From Eledone cirrhosa (Eukaryota), in the NCBI GenBank assembly GCA_964016885.1, contig OZ024742.1, positions 146,754,001 through 146,818,000 on the forward strand: a stretch of 64,000 nucleotides of DNA, in the 5' to 3' direction. Shown in pieces: positions 1-14,818 of this stretch. The notes under the pieces were generated by a model. The model made no database searches. It was not told the origin of the DNA and saw nothing but the letters and a program-made list of their open reading frames with translations. The position numbers and the translations under genes were made by a program. The first letter of the stretch is position 1, and every line of letters starts with the position of its first letter.

Positions 1-286
1 TCGTGTGCTATATTCTGAGTCCTTACGGGCGTTGGAGGGTTTAGCCTTATCTCCTTGGCAGTTGTATATATCGCTGCCTGTCCTGCCAGCTAAGGGTGGT
101 CTTTGCATGGTAGTTATTCTAGGTGGGCTGTCATCGTCTATGTGCGTTTCTGAGGGTCTGTGCAGGTTTAACGGCATTATGTTTCTCGTCTGGTCATTGT
201 AAGCTATATTCTCATTGTACCCAGCCTTTTCAAATGCAGAGTTATAATATTCTGTGTGCTAGTTTAAGAAAGTTCTGTTCCCTGGA
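1..286 (-). mobile_element. Penelope-like element ORF fragment (post-RT region), degenerate
   Basis: Minus-strand translation SREQNFLN*HTEYYNSAFEKAGYNENIAYND resembles the PLE motif F...YxxAL..xGY...xY; the fragment ends at a (TA)n tract. Confidence 0.45.
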
Positions 287-402
287 TATATATATATATT
301 TAAAATAGGAAAAGAATGACTTCAGTGAAGTCATTCTTTTCCTTTTTTTAAATATACCTAACTGTACCAAGGATTTCACACATTTTCCAATATATATATA
401 TA

Positions 403-775
403 TTGCAATCGAAAGGTTGTGAGTTCAATTCTCAGACCGGGTAATGTGTTGTTTCCTTGAGCAAGAAACTTTATTTCACATTGCCCCAGTTTACTCAGCT
501 GTAGAAATGAGGTGATAGGACTGGGGTCCCTATCATTCCACTGCAAAGTGGTTGTGGAGGTGCCATGGCAAAAAAGCACCCAGCACTGTCTGTAAATGTG
601 GTTGGTGTTAGGAAGGGCATCCAGGTGTTAGGAAGGGCATCCAGCTGTAGAAATCAAGCCAGAATCAGTTCCCATATGAGCAAGACAAGGTAAGCCGACC
701 GGATACTGCCCACAACAGGACAACCCGTCTAACCCATGCTAGCGTGGAAGAACGGACGTAAAAAACGGTGATGAT
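403..775 (+). mobile_element. tRNA-derived SINE (main family, 5'-truncated)
   Basis: B-box-like GAGTTCAATTCT, core CTTGAGCAAGA.ACTTTATTTCACATTG, GTTAGGAAGGGCATCCAGCTGTAGAAA module and (GAT)n tail; near-identical copies at 43.0, 48.4, 50.5, 60.7 and 62.7 kb. Confidence 0.85.
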
Positions 776-877
776 ATATATATGATGCAGCACTCACTTA
801 AGTTACATGTGACATTTTAGATTTTATGTCTTTCCATTTTTTCTTTCCATCCATGTTTTCTTCTATTCCTTCTTCTT

Positions 878-916
878 CACTTTTCAGATGAAGGACTTAC
901 ACCTGAAACATTAAAT
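878..916 (+). ncRNA. Degenerate minimal hammerhead ribozyme (family K)
   Basis: CAGATGAAGGACTTACACCTGAAACATTAA aligns to the copies at 38003 and 62592. Confidence 0.3.
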
Positions 917-2167
917 ACAATTCTATTCTATTTTCTTTAAGCATTAAACTTATATAATTCTCATAACGTTTTGTTTCTGTTTTTTTTATTTAATTTTTGT
1001 TGAGTTTTCATTATATGAGTGTGTGTATGTGCTTGTGTGTGTGTGTGTGTCTGTAATTAATGTATATCAGAAAAAGATTTTCACGACTGCAAGCAAACCA
1101 AAAAGTTGGTACTTTTTTAACAAAATCGTTTGTAATATTTGTTCTTCCCTGAGTTGTAGAAACTCCCTTGAAATATAGTTAATAAACCTTTAGAAACACA
1201 TAGCCAACAATACTATTTTTTCTCAGTTGATGTGAAACATCAATAAATAGATAAGTAGATAAGAAATGTAATTTTTAAATGTATAATCTGATTAATTAGA
1301 TATCTAATCTTGACAAACAAAATTCTGTTTTACTTTCAAGTTACATTGGATTATCTTTAAGAGCGAACGAATTATGTATTCTATCAAAATACTTTTTGTC
1401 CTTGCTATATCTTCTTCCCCTTAAAACATTCTTTGTTTCCTTGTAATTACAAAGCAGAGAAAATCCTATTAGAAGCTACCATCTTTGAGTAATGCCTAAA
1501 CACAGCTGAAGTTATCTTTGAGATTATCATCATTATTAGATCTAGACTTATCTTTGTTGATGGCATTAAACTCTTTCTATTCCATTTGACTTGCCAAAGA
1601 TAAACTCCATTAGTCCATCTATAGTCAGTGGATGACCTTCCAAGACTAGATGTATTTCAGTGTTAACCATTTCATTACTATATTTTTAAGGAAAGACACT
1701 GTCTATAATTCTGAAAACATTTTGAAACTAATGAAGAATTTGTACAGAATTAGTAATATAATTAACGTTCTCTATCTGGGCAACTAAAAGGAAGCAAGCT
1801 TTTAAAAATCTCTTAGCATCTTAGCGACAACTTTCTTAAATACTGTTTGCGTCAGTTTATTTGTTTTGGTTCTCTTTTTCTTTTTTTTTATTGCTGTTTT
1901 TTTTTTCTTCTTTTTTTGTTCCATTTCTGTCTGAATATTTAAATCTCAATAGTTGCAGTTTCAAATCCCAGTGTGTTGCTTTAATGGAATTTTTATCCCC
2001 AAATGGAAGGGAAAAAAAAACCTGTTGACACAATGTAATCAGTGTTGCATTGTTTCATTGAACTGTAAAATCCTTCTTCTTTATTTTCTTTCCTTACCTA
2101 ATCTAGATTTTTCCTGAAATTTCCATTTCAATCATAACTGAATTAGAGAGATTTTCAAGGTCACTTA

Positions 2168-2490
2168 TGCAGTGAATTGGCAGAGTTGTTAAGGTGTCCA
2201 TTTAAATTCCACTGTATATGTTTGGGATCAATCTGCTTTGAGTTCAAATACCACCAAGATCAACTTTACTTTTCAACCTTTCAGAGTTGATAAATAAAAA
2301 ACCAGTCCAGGGCAGTTGACTGGCAGAATTGTTAAAGAGTCAGAGAGAATACTTTGTAGTATCTTATCTCATCTTCTGACAGGAGTTCTGACAGGGAAAT
2401 AGTACCAGCAATGGAAAGACCAATAGAAACATAGTTTCCTTCGTCTGATCTGATGATCAGCTCCTTTTCATCTTTTAGGAGACGGCATCA
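2168..2490 (+). mobile_element. Degenerate SINE fragments
   Basis: GAGTTCAAAT B-box and CTTTCAGAGTTGATAAA; the second half (TAGTACCAGCAATGGAAAGACCAATAGAAAC) also occurs at 21870-21940 and, inverted, at 37690-37770. Confidence 0.55.
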
Positions 2491-2687
2491 ATTGACAAAC
2501 TGGTGGCATCATATTTCTGAAATAATCTTCTGATGGTAGGGAAAATAATTCCATTAAATGATATTTCCTCGTATCTGTTGTTACAGTGTAGTGAATGTTA
2601 AATGGTGTGTTACCGTATAACATCTATTCATGTAGCAAATGTTAGATGACATAAAAAGGCAAATGTTAAAAGTGTCAGATAAAATCG

Positions 2688-5600
2688 CTATCACATCAAT
2701 CCAGTGGTATATACCATGACTATCACATCAATCCAGTGGTATATACCATCACTATCACATCAATCCAGTGGTATATACCATCACTATCACATCAATCCAG
2801 TGGTATATACCATCACTATCACATCAATCCAGTGGTATATATACCATCAATATCATATCAATCCAGTAGTATATACCATCACTATCACATCAATCCAGTG
2901 GTATATACCATCCATCACTATCACATCAATCCAGTGGTATATACCATCACTATCACATCAATCCAGTAGTATATACCATCACTATCATATCAATCCAGTG
3001 GTATATACCATCACTATCACATCAATCCAGTTATATATACCATCACTATCACATCAATCCAGTGGTATATACCATCACTATCACATCAATCCAGTGGTAT
3101 ATACCATCACTATCACATCAATCCAGTGGTATATACCATCACTATCACATCAATCCAGTTATATATACCATCACTATCACATCAATCCAGTGGTATATAC
3201 CATCACTATCACAACAATCCAGTGGTATATACCATCACTATCACATCAATCCAATGGTATATACCATCACTATCAAATCAATCCAGTGGTATATACCATC
3301 ACTATCACATCAATCCAGTGGTATATACCATCACTATCACATCAATCCAATGGTATATATGCCATCAGTCTATCACATCAATCCAGTGGTATATACCACC
3401 ATCACTATCACATCAATCCAATGGTATATACCATCACTATCACATCAATCCAGTGGTATATATGCCATCAGTCTATCACATCAATCCAGTTGTATATACC
3501 ATCACTATCACATTAATCCAGTGGTATATACCATCACTATCACATCAATCCAGTGGTATATATGCCATCAGTCTATCACATCAATCCAGTTGTATATACC
3601 ATCACTATCACATCAATCCAGTGGTATATACCATCACTATCATGTCAATCCAGTCGTATATACCATCACTATCACATCAATCCAGTGGTATATACCATCA
3701 CTATCACATCAATCCAGTAGTATATACCATCACTATCACATCAATCCAGTGGTATATACCATCACTATCACATCAATCCAGTGGTATATACCATCACTAT
3801 CACATCAATCCAGCGGTATATACCATCACTATCACATCAATGCAGTGGTATACACCATCACTATCACATCAATCCAGTGGTATATATACCATCACTATCA
3901 CATCAATCCAGTGGTATATACCATCACTATCACATCAATCCAGTGGTATATACCATCAGTCTATCACATCAATCTAGTAGTATATACCATCACTATCACA
4001 TCAATCCAGTGGTGTATGCCATCACTATCACATCAATCCAGTGGTATATACCATCACTATCACATCAATCCAGTGGTATATACCATCACTATCACATCAA
4101 TCCAGTGGTATATACCATCACTATCACATCAATCCAGTGGTATATATGCCATCAGTCTATCACATCGATCCAGTGGTATATACCATCACTATCACATCAA
4201 TCCAATGGTATATACCATCACTATCAAATCAATCCAGTGGTATATACCATCACTATCACATCAATCCAGTGGTGTATACCATCACTATCACATCAATCCA
4301 GTGGTATATACCATCATTATCACGTCAATCCAGTAGTATATAGCATCACTATCACATCAATCCAGTGGTATATACCATCACTATCACATCAATCCAGTTA
4401 TATATACCATCACTATCACATCAATCCAGTGGTATATACCATCACTATCACAACAATCCAGTGGTATATACCATCACTATCACATCAATCCAGTGGTATA
4501 TACCATCACTATCACATCAATCCAGTGGTATATACCATCACTATCACGTCAATCCAGTAGTATATACCATCACTATCACATCAATCCAGTGGTATATACC
4601 ATCACTATCACATCAATCCAGTTATATATACCATCACTATCACATCAATCCAGTGGTATATACCATCACTATCACATCAATCCAGTGGTATATACCATCA
4701 CTATCACATCAATCCAGTGGTATATACCATCACTATCACATCAATCCAGTGGTATATATGCCATCAGTCTATCACATCAATCCAGTTGTATATACCATCA
4801 CTATCACATCAATCCAGTGGTATATACCATCACTATCATGTCAATCCAGTCGTATATACCATCACTATCACATCAATCCAGTGGTATATACCATCACTAT
4901 CACATCAATCCAGTAGTATATACCATCACTATCACATCAATCCAGTGGTATATACCATCACTATCACATCAATCCAGTGGTATATACCATCACTATCACA
5001 TCAATCCAGCGGTATATACCATCACTATCACATCAATGCAGTGGTATACACCATCACTATCACATCAATCCAGTGGTATATATACCATCACTATCACATC
5101 AATCCAGTGGTATATACCATCACTATCACATCAATCCAGTGGTATATACCATCAGTCTATCACATCAATCTAGTAGTATATACCATCACTATCACATCAA
5201 TCCAGTGGTGTATGCCATCACTATCACATCAATCCAGTGGTATATACCATCACTATCACATCAATCCAGTGGTATATACCATCACTATCACATCAATCCA
5301 GTGGTATATACCATCACTATCACATCAATCCAGTGGTATATATGCCATCAGTCTATCACATCGATCCAGTGGTATATACCATCACTATCACATCAATCCA
5401 ATGGTATATACCATCACTATCAAATCAATCCAGTGGTATATACCATCACTATCACATCAATCCAGTTATATATACCATCACTATCACATCAATCCAGTGG
5501 TATATACCATCACTATCACAACAATCCAGTGGTATATACCATCACTATCACATCAATCCAATGGTATATACCATCACTATCAAATCAATCCAGTGGTATA

Positions 5601-8600
5601 TACCATCACTATCACATCAATCCAGTGGTATATACCATCACTATCACATCAATCCAATGGTATATATGCCATCAGTCTATCACATCAATCCAGTGGTATA
5701 TACCACCATCACTATCACATCAATCCAATGGTATATACCATCACTATCACATCAATCCAGTGGTATATATGCCATCAGTCTATCACATCAATCCAGTTGT
5801 ATATACCATCACTATCACATTAATCCAGTGGTATATACCATCACTATCACATCAATCCAGTGGTATATATGCCATCAGTCTATCACATCAATCCAGTTGT
5901 ATATACCATCACTATCACATCAATCCAGTGGTATATACCATCACTATCATGTCAATCCAGTCGTATATACCATCACTATCACATCAATCCAGTGGTATAT
6001 ACCATCACTATCACATCAATCCAGTAGTATATACCATCACTATCACATCAATCCAGTGGTATATACCATCACTATCACATCAATCCAGTGGTATATACCA
6101 TCACTATCACATCAATCCAGCGGTATATACCATCACTATCACATCAATGCAGTGGTATACACCATCACTATCACATCAATCCAGTGGTATATATACCATC
6201 ACTATCACATCAATCCAGTGGTATATACCATCACTATCACATCAATCCAGTGGTATATACCATCAGTCTATCACATCAATCTAGTAGTATATACCATCAC
6301 TATCACATCAATCCAGTGGTGTATGCCATCACTATCACATCAATCCAGTGGTATATACCATCACTATCACATCAATCCAGTGGTATATACCATCACTATC
6401 ACATCAATCCAGTGGTATATACCATCACTATCACATCAATCCAGTGGTATATATGCCATCAGTCTATCACATCGATCCAGTGGTATATACCATCACTATC
6501 ACATCAATCCAATGGTATATACCATCACTATCAAATCAATCCAGTGGTATATACCATCACTATCACATCAATCCAGTGGTGTATACCATCACTATCACAT
6601 CAATCCAGTGGTATATACCATCATTATCACGTCAATCCAGTAGTATATAGCATCACTATCACATCAATCCAGTGGTATATACCATCACTATCACATCAAT
6701 CCAGTTATATATACCATCACTATCACATCAATCCAGTGGTATATACCATCACTATCACAACAATCCAGTGGTATATACCATCACTATCACATCAATCCAG
6801 TGGTATATACCATCACTATCACATCAATCCAGTGGTATATACCATCACTATCACGTCAATCCAGTAGTATATACCATCACTATCACATCAATCCAGTGGT
6901 ATATACCATCACTATCACATCAATCCAGTTATATATACCATCACTATCACATCAATCCAGTGGTATATACCATCACTATCACATCAATCCAGTGGTATAT
7001 ACCATCACTATCACATCAATCCAGTGGTATATACCATCACTATCACATCAATCCAGTGGTATATATGCCATCAGTCTATCACATCAATCCAGTTGTATAT
7101 ACCATCACTATCACATCAATCCAGTGGTATATACCATCACTATCATGTCAATCCAGTCGTATATACCATCACTATCACATCAATCCAGTGGTATATACCA
7201 TCACTATCACATCAATCCAGTAGTATATACCATCACTATCACATCAATCCAGTGGTATATACCATCACTATCACATCAATCCAGCGGTATATACCATCAC
7301 TATCACATCAATGCAGTGGTATACACCATCACTATCACATCAATCCAGTGGTATATATACCATCACTATCACATCAATCCAGTGGTATATACCATCACTA
7401 TCACATCAATCCAGTGGTATATACCATCAGTCTATCACATCAATCTAGTAGTATATACCATCACTATCACATCAATCCAGTGGTGTATGCCATCACTATC
7501 ACATCAATCCAGTGGTATATACCATCACTATCACATCAATCCAGTGGTATATACCATCACTATCACATCAATCCAGTGGTATATACCATCACTATCACAT
7601 CAATCCAGTGGTATATATGCCATCAGTCTATCACATCGATCCAGTGGTATATACCATCACTATCACATCAATCCAATGGTATATACCATCACTATCAAAT
7701 CAATCCAGTGGTATATACCATCACTATCACATCAATCCAGTGGTGTATACCATCACTATCACATCAATCCAGTGGTATATATACCATCATTATCACGTCA
7801 ATCCAGTAGTATATAGCATCACTATCACATCAATCCAGTGGTATATACCATCACTATCACATCAATCCAGTTATATATACCATCACTATCACATCAATCC
7901 AGTGGTATATACCATCACTATCACAACAATCCAGTGGTATATACCATCACTATCACATCAATCCAGTGGTATATACCATCACTATCACATCAATCCAGTG
8001 GTATATACCATCACTATCACGTCAATCCAGTAGTATATACCATCACTATCACATCAATCCAGTGGTATATACCATCACTATCACATCAATCCAGTTATAT
8101 ATACCATCACTATCACATCAATCCAGTGGTATATACCATCACTATCACATCAATCCAGTGGTATATACCATCACTATCACATCAATCCAGTTATATATAC
8201 CATCACTATCACATCAATCCAGTGGTATATACCATCACTATCACATCAATCCAGTTATATATACCATCACTATCACATCAATCCAGTGGTATATACCATC
8301 ACTATCACATCAATCCAGTTGTATATACCATCACTATCACATCAATCCAGTGGTATATACCATCACTATCATGTCAATCCAGTGGTATATACCATCACTA
8401 TCAAATCAATCCAGTGGTATATACCATCACTATCACATCAATCCAGTGGTATATACCATCACTATCACATCAATCCAGTGGTATATACCATCACTATCAC
8501 ATCAATCCAATGGTATATACCATCACTATCAAATCAATCCAGTGGTATATACCATCACTATCACATCAATCCAGTGGTATATATGCCATCAGTCTATCAC

Positions 8601-10135
8601 ATCAATCCAGTGGTATATACCATCACTATCACGTCAATCCAGTTGTATATACCATCACTATCACATCAATCCAGTGGTATATACCATCACTATCATGTCA
8701 ATCCAGTGGTATATACCATCACTATCAAATCAATCCAGTGGTATATACCATCACTATCACATCAATCCAGTGGTATATACCATCACTATCACATCAATCC
8801 AGTGGTATATACCATCACTATCACATCAATCCAATGGTATATACCATCACTATCAAATCAATCCAGTGGTATATACCATCACTATCACATCAATCCAGTG
8901 GTATATATGCCATCAGTCTATCACATCAATCCAGTGGTATATACCATCACTATCACGTCAATCCAGTGGTATATACCATCACTATCACATCAATCCAATG
9001 GTATATACCATCACTATCACATCAATCCAGTGGTATATATGCCATCAGTCTATCAAATCAATCCAGTGGTATATACCATCACTATCACATCAATCCAGTG
9101 GTATATACCATCACTATCACATCAATCCAGTGGTATATACCATCACTATCACATCAATCCAGTGGTATATACCATCACTATCACGTCAATCCAGTGGTAT
9201 ATACCATCACTATCACATCAATCCAATGGTATATACCATCATTATCACGTCAATCCAGTGGTATATACCATCACTATCACATCAATCCAATAGTATATAC
9301 CATCACTATCACATCAATCCAGTGGTATATATGCCATCAGTCTATCACATCAATCCAGTGGTATATACCATCACTATCACATCAATCCAATGGTATATAC
9401 CATCATTATCACGTCAATCCAGTGGTATATACCATCACTATCACATCAATCCAATAGTATATACCATCACTATCACATCAATCTAGTGGTATATATGCCA
9501 TCAGTCTATCACATCAATCCAGTGGTATATACCATCACTATCACATCAATCCAGTGGTATATACCATCACTATCACATCAATCCAGTGGTATATATGCCA
9601 TCAGTCTATCACATCAATCCAGTGGTATATACCATCACTATCACGTCAATCCAGTGGTATATACCATCACTATCAAATCAATCCAGTGGTATATACCATC
9701 ACTATCACATCAATCCAATGGTATATATGCCATCAGTCTATCACATCAATCCAGTGGTATATATGCCATCAGTCTATCACATCAATCCAGTGGTATATAT
9801 ACCATCACTATCACATCAATCCAGTGGTATATACCATCACTATCACATCAATCCAGTGGTATATACCATCACTATCACATCAATCCAGTGGTATATACTC
9901 TCACTATCACATCAATCCAGTGATATATACTATCAGTCTATCACATCAATCCAGTGGTATATACCCTCACTATCACATCAATCCAGTGGTATATACTCTC
10001 AGTCTATCACATCAATCCAGTGCTATATGCCATCACTATCACATCAATCCAGTGGTATATACCATGACTATCACATCAATCCAGTTATATATGTCATAAT
10101 TTTATCACATCAATCTAGTGGTATATACCATCACA
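2688..10135. repeat. 32-bp satellite array (about 230 units) with higher-order repeats
   Basis: Unit CTATCACATCAATCCAGTGGTATATACCATCA containing the palindrome TGGTATATACCA; diagnostic variants recur every 1.1-1.2 kb. Confidence 0.98.
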
Positions 10136-10282
10136 CTACCACCTTTGGTCACCCCCACTTCTCTCCCTTTATGTAAACTATCTATTGGTAGTTTATAAGC
10201 AAATTTCTTTGTACTCAGTGTATGGAATGTTCTAAACACTCCACAGAAAAATCTCTTTAATGGATAATGCAAGACACCTTAA

Positions 10283-10520
10283 CTCTTTCATTACCATATT
10301 CTTAATGAAATACACTATATTTGAATTAATTAAGGAAGAATTTGTATGGATTTACTAAAATTTTAATTTCATGTATATGATGGTATTTGGAACATAATTT
10401 AACAAAAATTCTTATATCCAATTATTATGTAAGATTTAAATTTAGATTAAAGAAATGTTTAATGTGTGGTTTTGTTTCAATGAATCACATGTGGTTTTGG
10501 ACAGGTTGCTATCAAAAGCG
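10283..10520. mobile_element. piggyBac-like MITE, degenerate
   Basis: Flanked by TTAA on both sides; imperfect termini CTCTTTCATTACC / GCTATCAAAAGCG. Confidence 0.4.
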
Positions 10521-10667
10521 TTAAATAAATGTCAGATTATAAAATATTTGATAAGACATAACTTTACTTGATGAACCAAATATAGAAATATTTGTTATGT
10601 TTCATTAAAGAAAAAGAGAGCTTTTAAATACACTTCTGTACATTTCCACCTTTATCTTTCTTCATAT

Positions 10668-10907
10668 ATCATCATCACCATCATCATCATCATCATCATT
10701 TAACGTCTATTTTTCCACGATAATGTAGGTTATGAGAATTGTCCAGATGTGAGCCTAGCCAGAGCAGAAGAATGTCTCCAGCTCACACTGGACCGATTTG
10801 GGCTTGGTTTCTATGGTTGGATGCCCTTCCTAAGGCCAACCACATTTACAGTGTGTGCTGGGTGCTTTTTGTCATGACACCTACATGACCACTTTACAGT
10901 GTGTGCT
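10668..10907 (-). mobile_element. SINE 3' half
   Basis: (ATC)n tail, GGATGCCCTTCCTAA module, GCTGGGTGCTTTTT. Confidence 0.7.
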
Positions 10908-11349
10908 GTATAAAAAAAGGACAGAGTGTTCAAAGTTTATGGTAGCTATGGAAGAGGAAGACTTAAGAAAGCTTAAGATGAAGTGATAAAAGCTGACCTT
11001 GCACATTTAAACATCTTAAAGGAGATGACATAGGACCAAGATCTCTGGTGTTATGCTGTACCATAGATCTGCCTTTCCATAGGCACAGAATGAAACAAGC
11101 TTGTAGTCAAACACTAGTCTGTACCACGTTTCTCCCTACCCCACTCCTATTCACTCTTCCCAATCATAATACACTGCCCTCACTAATCAAATATCCCACT
11201 CACCTCATCCATGTCCAACTTGCATACTCATTTTCCTCCCCAACTTCTACATTCCTGATGTACCTCTCCTGTCCTGTTCAACCAATGCTTACAAACATGG
11301 AAAGCTGGACACACTTCAAATCTGCTCTCATCTTCCTCCCATAATGCTG

Positions 11350-11935
11350 TTCCATGACAAAGAAGCACTATCCACCCTGTATGGTGATCTGGTGCCACAA
11401 CAAAAGCACCCCGTCCATCTTATAAGGTGGTCATACTGGTAACATGACAATAAGCAGCTCCTAATTCACTCTGTAAGGTTGGTTGTGCTGTTGACACAAC
11501 AAGAGGCCCCCAATCTACCCTGATTAGCAGTCATGCTGGTGACTCGAGAAAAAGTACACAGTCCACTCTACAATGTGGATGTGCTGGTGACATGAGAAAA
11601 AGCATCCAATTCACTCTGTAAGGTAGTAGTGCTGGTGACACAAAAAAAAGTACCCAGTCCACCCTGTAAAATGGTCATGCTATTGACACGGCTAAAAAGC
11701 ACCCAATCCAGCCTGTAAGGTGGTAGTGCTGGTGACACAACAAAAACCACCCAGTCCACATTGTAACATAGTTTTGTGTAGGAAGGTATCCAGTTGTAGA
11801 AACGAAGCCAAAATACAATATGAGGAAGACATGGTCACCTGCCCTGATTTTTCTCATAACATGACAACCCATCTAACCCATGCAAATATGGAAAATGGAT
11901 GTTTAAATGTTGATGATGATGATGATGATGATGAT
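11350..11935 (+). mobile_element. SINE with tandemly amplified internal module
   Basis: About 9 diverged copies of GTGCTGGTGACAC..AAAAAGCACCCAGTCCAC.CTGTAA, then the GGAAGG..ATCCAG module and a (GAT)n tail. Confidence 0.7.
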
Positions 11936-12082
11936 GTATATATTCAAACATTGGTTCTTTTTAATATTTATGTGTAAAGTTTGAACTTATTTCAAATTCC
12001 GTTGAACTTAATATTTTTTAAATTACTTTATTCACTGAGTCGATGTTCTAGAAAACACTGTAGGTTGGGAATACTGCCTTTT

Positions 12083-12114
<32 letters not shown>

Positions 12115-12446
12115 ATTGAATACTACATTCTACATAATCATATTCCTTAAAAAAATTGTTATGAAATATTCTATATTGATTAATAATAAATAAATAAATC
12201 TATTAATGAGTTATACCATTAGAATCGACATAAGATAGTGCTATGTAACTATAATTCAGAATAAATGTTTAATTCTAGGTGACTGACTGTAACTTCCACT
12301 CGTTCTCCCACCATCAGGGAGTCACTCTTCACACATAAGATGCTCCCTTATATTGTACATTGTGAAATATGTTTATCGGAATAGTCATTTATTTCATTGA
12401 ATTTAATAAGAATTAATTAGCAACACAGATGACATTTTTATACTAA

Positions 12447-12650
12447 TAATTGTTTCTACTTTAGGCACAAGGCCAGCAATTTTGGGGGAGGAAAAAGGCA
12501 ATTAAATCGACCCAGTGCATTACTGGTGCTTTATTTTATTGACCCCATAAGGATAAAAGGCAAAGCTAACCTCGGCGGAATTTGAACTCAGATCGTAAAG
12601 GGGAGTAATCCTATGCCATAAAGCATATTGTCCGACGCTCTACCGAATAA
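12447..12650 (-). mobile_element. tRNA-derived SINE with Nin/Deu-like central domain
   Basis: Reverse complement has GAGTTCAAATTCCGCCGAGGTTAGCTTTGCCTTTTATCCTTATGGGGTCAATAAAATAAAG. Confidence 0.8.
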
Positions 12651-13073
12651 TAATACTTATTTGGTGTTGACATTGGATTTCTACTTGGCATTAATTTACA
12701 TTATACATGTAACTGTAACATTTTTTATTTCAACAATTATTTTTCTTATGAATTTGGAATGCCTTCTTGACACACTTGATATTAAAAAAATGATGTGCCC
12801 AATATTTATGTACACAGAATTGGATTAAGTCCTTTTGAGGCCCTGAGCACTTAAAATATTATAGTGCTTCCCATATATAAAATCTCCAAAAACATATTTT
12901 GGAATTACAAATATAATTAATTTAAATAAAACAATGTTTCTCTTCCCTTGATGCCATAACCATGAGCTTATTTTGCTTAATGGTTCATCAACCTCTGTAT
13001 GTATGCTGAAAGATGTTTAAGATTCTTCATTTACTAAAAAAAAAATGTTTAAGATGCTTCATTTACTATACAG

Positions 13074-13314
13074 TAGGTGTGTGGCCTAGTGGTAAGGGTG
13101 TTGGACTTATGATCATAATATCATGGAATGGGTTGTGTGTTGTGTTCTTGAGTAAAACACTTCATTACATGTTGTTCCAGTATACTCAGCTGAAAATGAT
13201 TACTAGCATCCTGTCGAGAGGGGAGTCTTGTACCTTCAATCACTTAACACCATGGAAATCAGGATAAGCACCGTCCTGATGAGCTTCCGGGCTTGAGACA
13301 GACTTTAGACTCAG
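13074..13314 (+). mobile_element. tRNA-derived SINE inserted in the Gypsy element
   Basis: A-box TGGCCTAGTGG; 13-bp target-site duplication ATTTACTATACAG at 13061-13073 and 13315-13327. Confidence 0.85.
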
Positions 13315-14595
13315 ATTTACTATACAGAAGGAAATGCTTTCACAGTCCTTCTATAAAGAAACTGTGCTTTTATATTTGGCAGAATCTGATCTTTCAGAAT
13401 TTTACAAGAATGTGTTTGAAATTGTTGTTTAAAGGCTGAACAATCATTTTGAACCTAAAAAACTGCATGAGAAATATATATTGAGATCACTTTATCAGTT
13501 ATTTGATGGAAATAATGATCAATACTGCAGACACTTTAAACAGCAACCTAAATTTTATGTAATGACCAGATTTGTTGTATCGGAAATATTTCCGTTTCTC
13601 AGATTTTATTCCCTCAGCTTTTCCTGACAAGCTTAATGCATTTACATTACCACCAGTTGACTAAGATAAGCCATATTCTTCAACCTATATTTTAATGGCT
13701 TCCATAGACTTAGCCAGTTTTAAAACTGCTTGCAGATTCAAACCGTTTAGCAAAAATAGCCAGGTGTAATAAATGTCAATTAGTTGGACATTTTTGCTAT
13801 TTGTTGTAAAACAAAATCAAAAGCTAGGGTTAATAATGTAACAAATAATGATAGTTTCACAGCGAATGAATCAAAGCATCATGATTATGTATTTTCTATG
13901 TCAAATGAAATACCAATTAAACATTCTATTCCTTGATAAATAGGCTGTGTCAAACCTGATCTACTGATTGGCTCTGGCGCTTCTGTTAATGTTATTTGTA
14001 AGATTAATTAGGAAATTCTAAAAGCTTCAAAATGTGTTTGTGTTAGTTTGAAAGTTAATGAGAAATAATTTCCATAGAATGGTGGAAAGCCTTTGGAAAT
14101 TATCGGAAAATTCAAAGTGCATACTTTAAGTAAGTTATTAGAATTTCTTGTTAGTGTAGAAAATGGACTGTCAATTTGGGGAAATAATTTAGCACAATAA
14201 TTTCGTATTCTGAAGATCATAGTAAACATTGTATCACTCGATCAGTTTCCATAAATTCAATCAGGTATTGCTTGTTTATAAGACTTCCAAATGCCTCTTC
14301 ACATTGATTCAAGTATCCATCCTGTTATCAGGTATTTATGGCCAATTCTTTATAATCTGAAAAGAAATGTAGATGAATATTTACAAGAATTGCTAGATAT
14401 GGATATTACTGAACATGGGTTAGTCTTATTATGGATATTAAAATAGGCTAGTCTTATTATTATAGTATCAAAGAAGGATGGTTCTGTGTGAATACATGTA
14501 GATATGAATAAACCAAATTTAGCAGTTAAAGAGTAAGACACCCAGTTCCATCCCTCAAAGAGTTAATAGAAAGTATTTTCAAAACTCAGTATTAA

Positions 14596-14818
14596 CCCTT
14601 TAGCATTTACATATTTACTCTATATTTACTATTGTATTTTCATTGTAAAGGTTTTACTTCACATAATTATCTCACATAATATCGAACTATGGGATTTTGA
14701 TATTATTTATTTTGAGAACAATACCTTAACATCAGTATGAGCAGCTGGTTATAGCCAGTTTGAACAGAAAGGAGGGAAAGAATTCTAGCCAGATACAGCT
14801 GGTTTAAATGCTAAAGGG
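14596..14818. mobile_element. piggyBac-type MITE
   Basis: TIR CCCTTTAGCATTTA / TAAATGCTAAAGGG with TTAA TSD on both sides, interrupting the Gypsy RT. Confidence 0.85.

Noticed and set aside
2688-10135. CRISPR array or long His/Tyr-rich proteins
   Set aside because: The units are contiguous with no unique spacers and no cas genes; the ORFs arise because the 32-mer lacks plus-strand stops in all frames
13270-13305. Hammerhead in the SINE tail (CTGATGAGC...GAGAC)
   Set aside because: No GAAA and no stem I/III pairing
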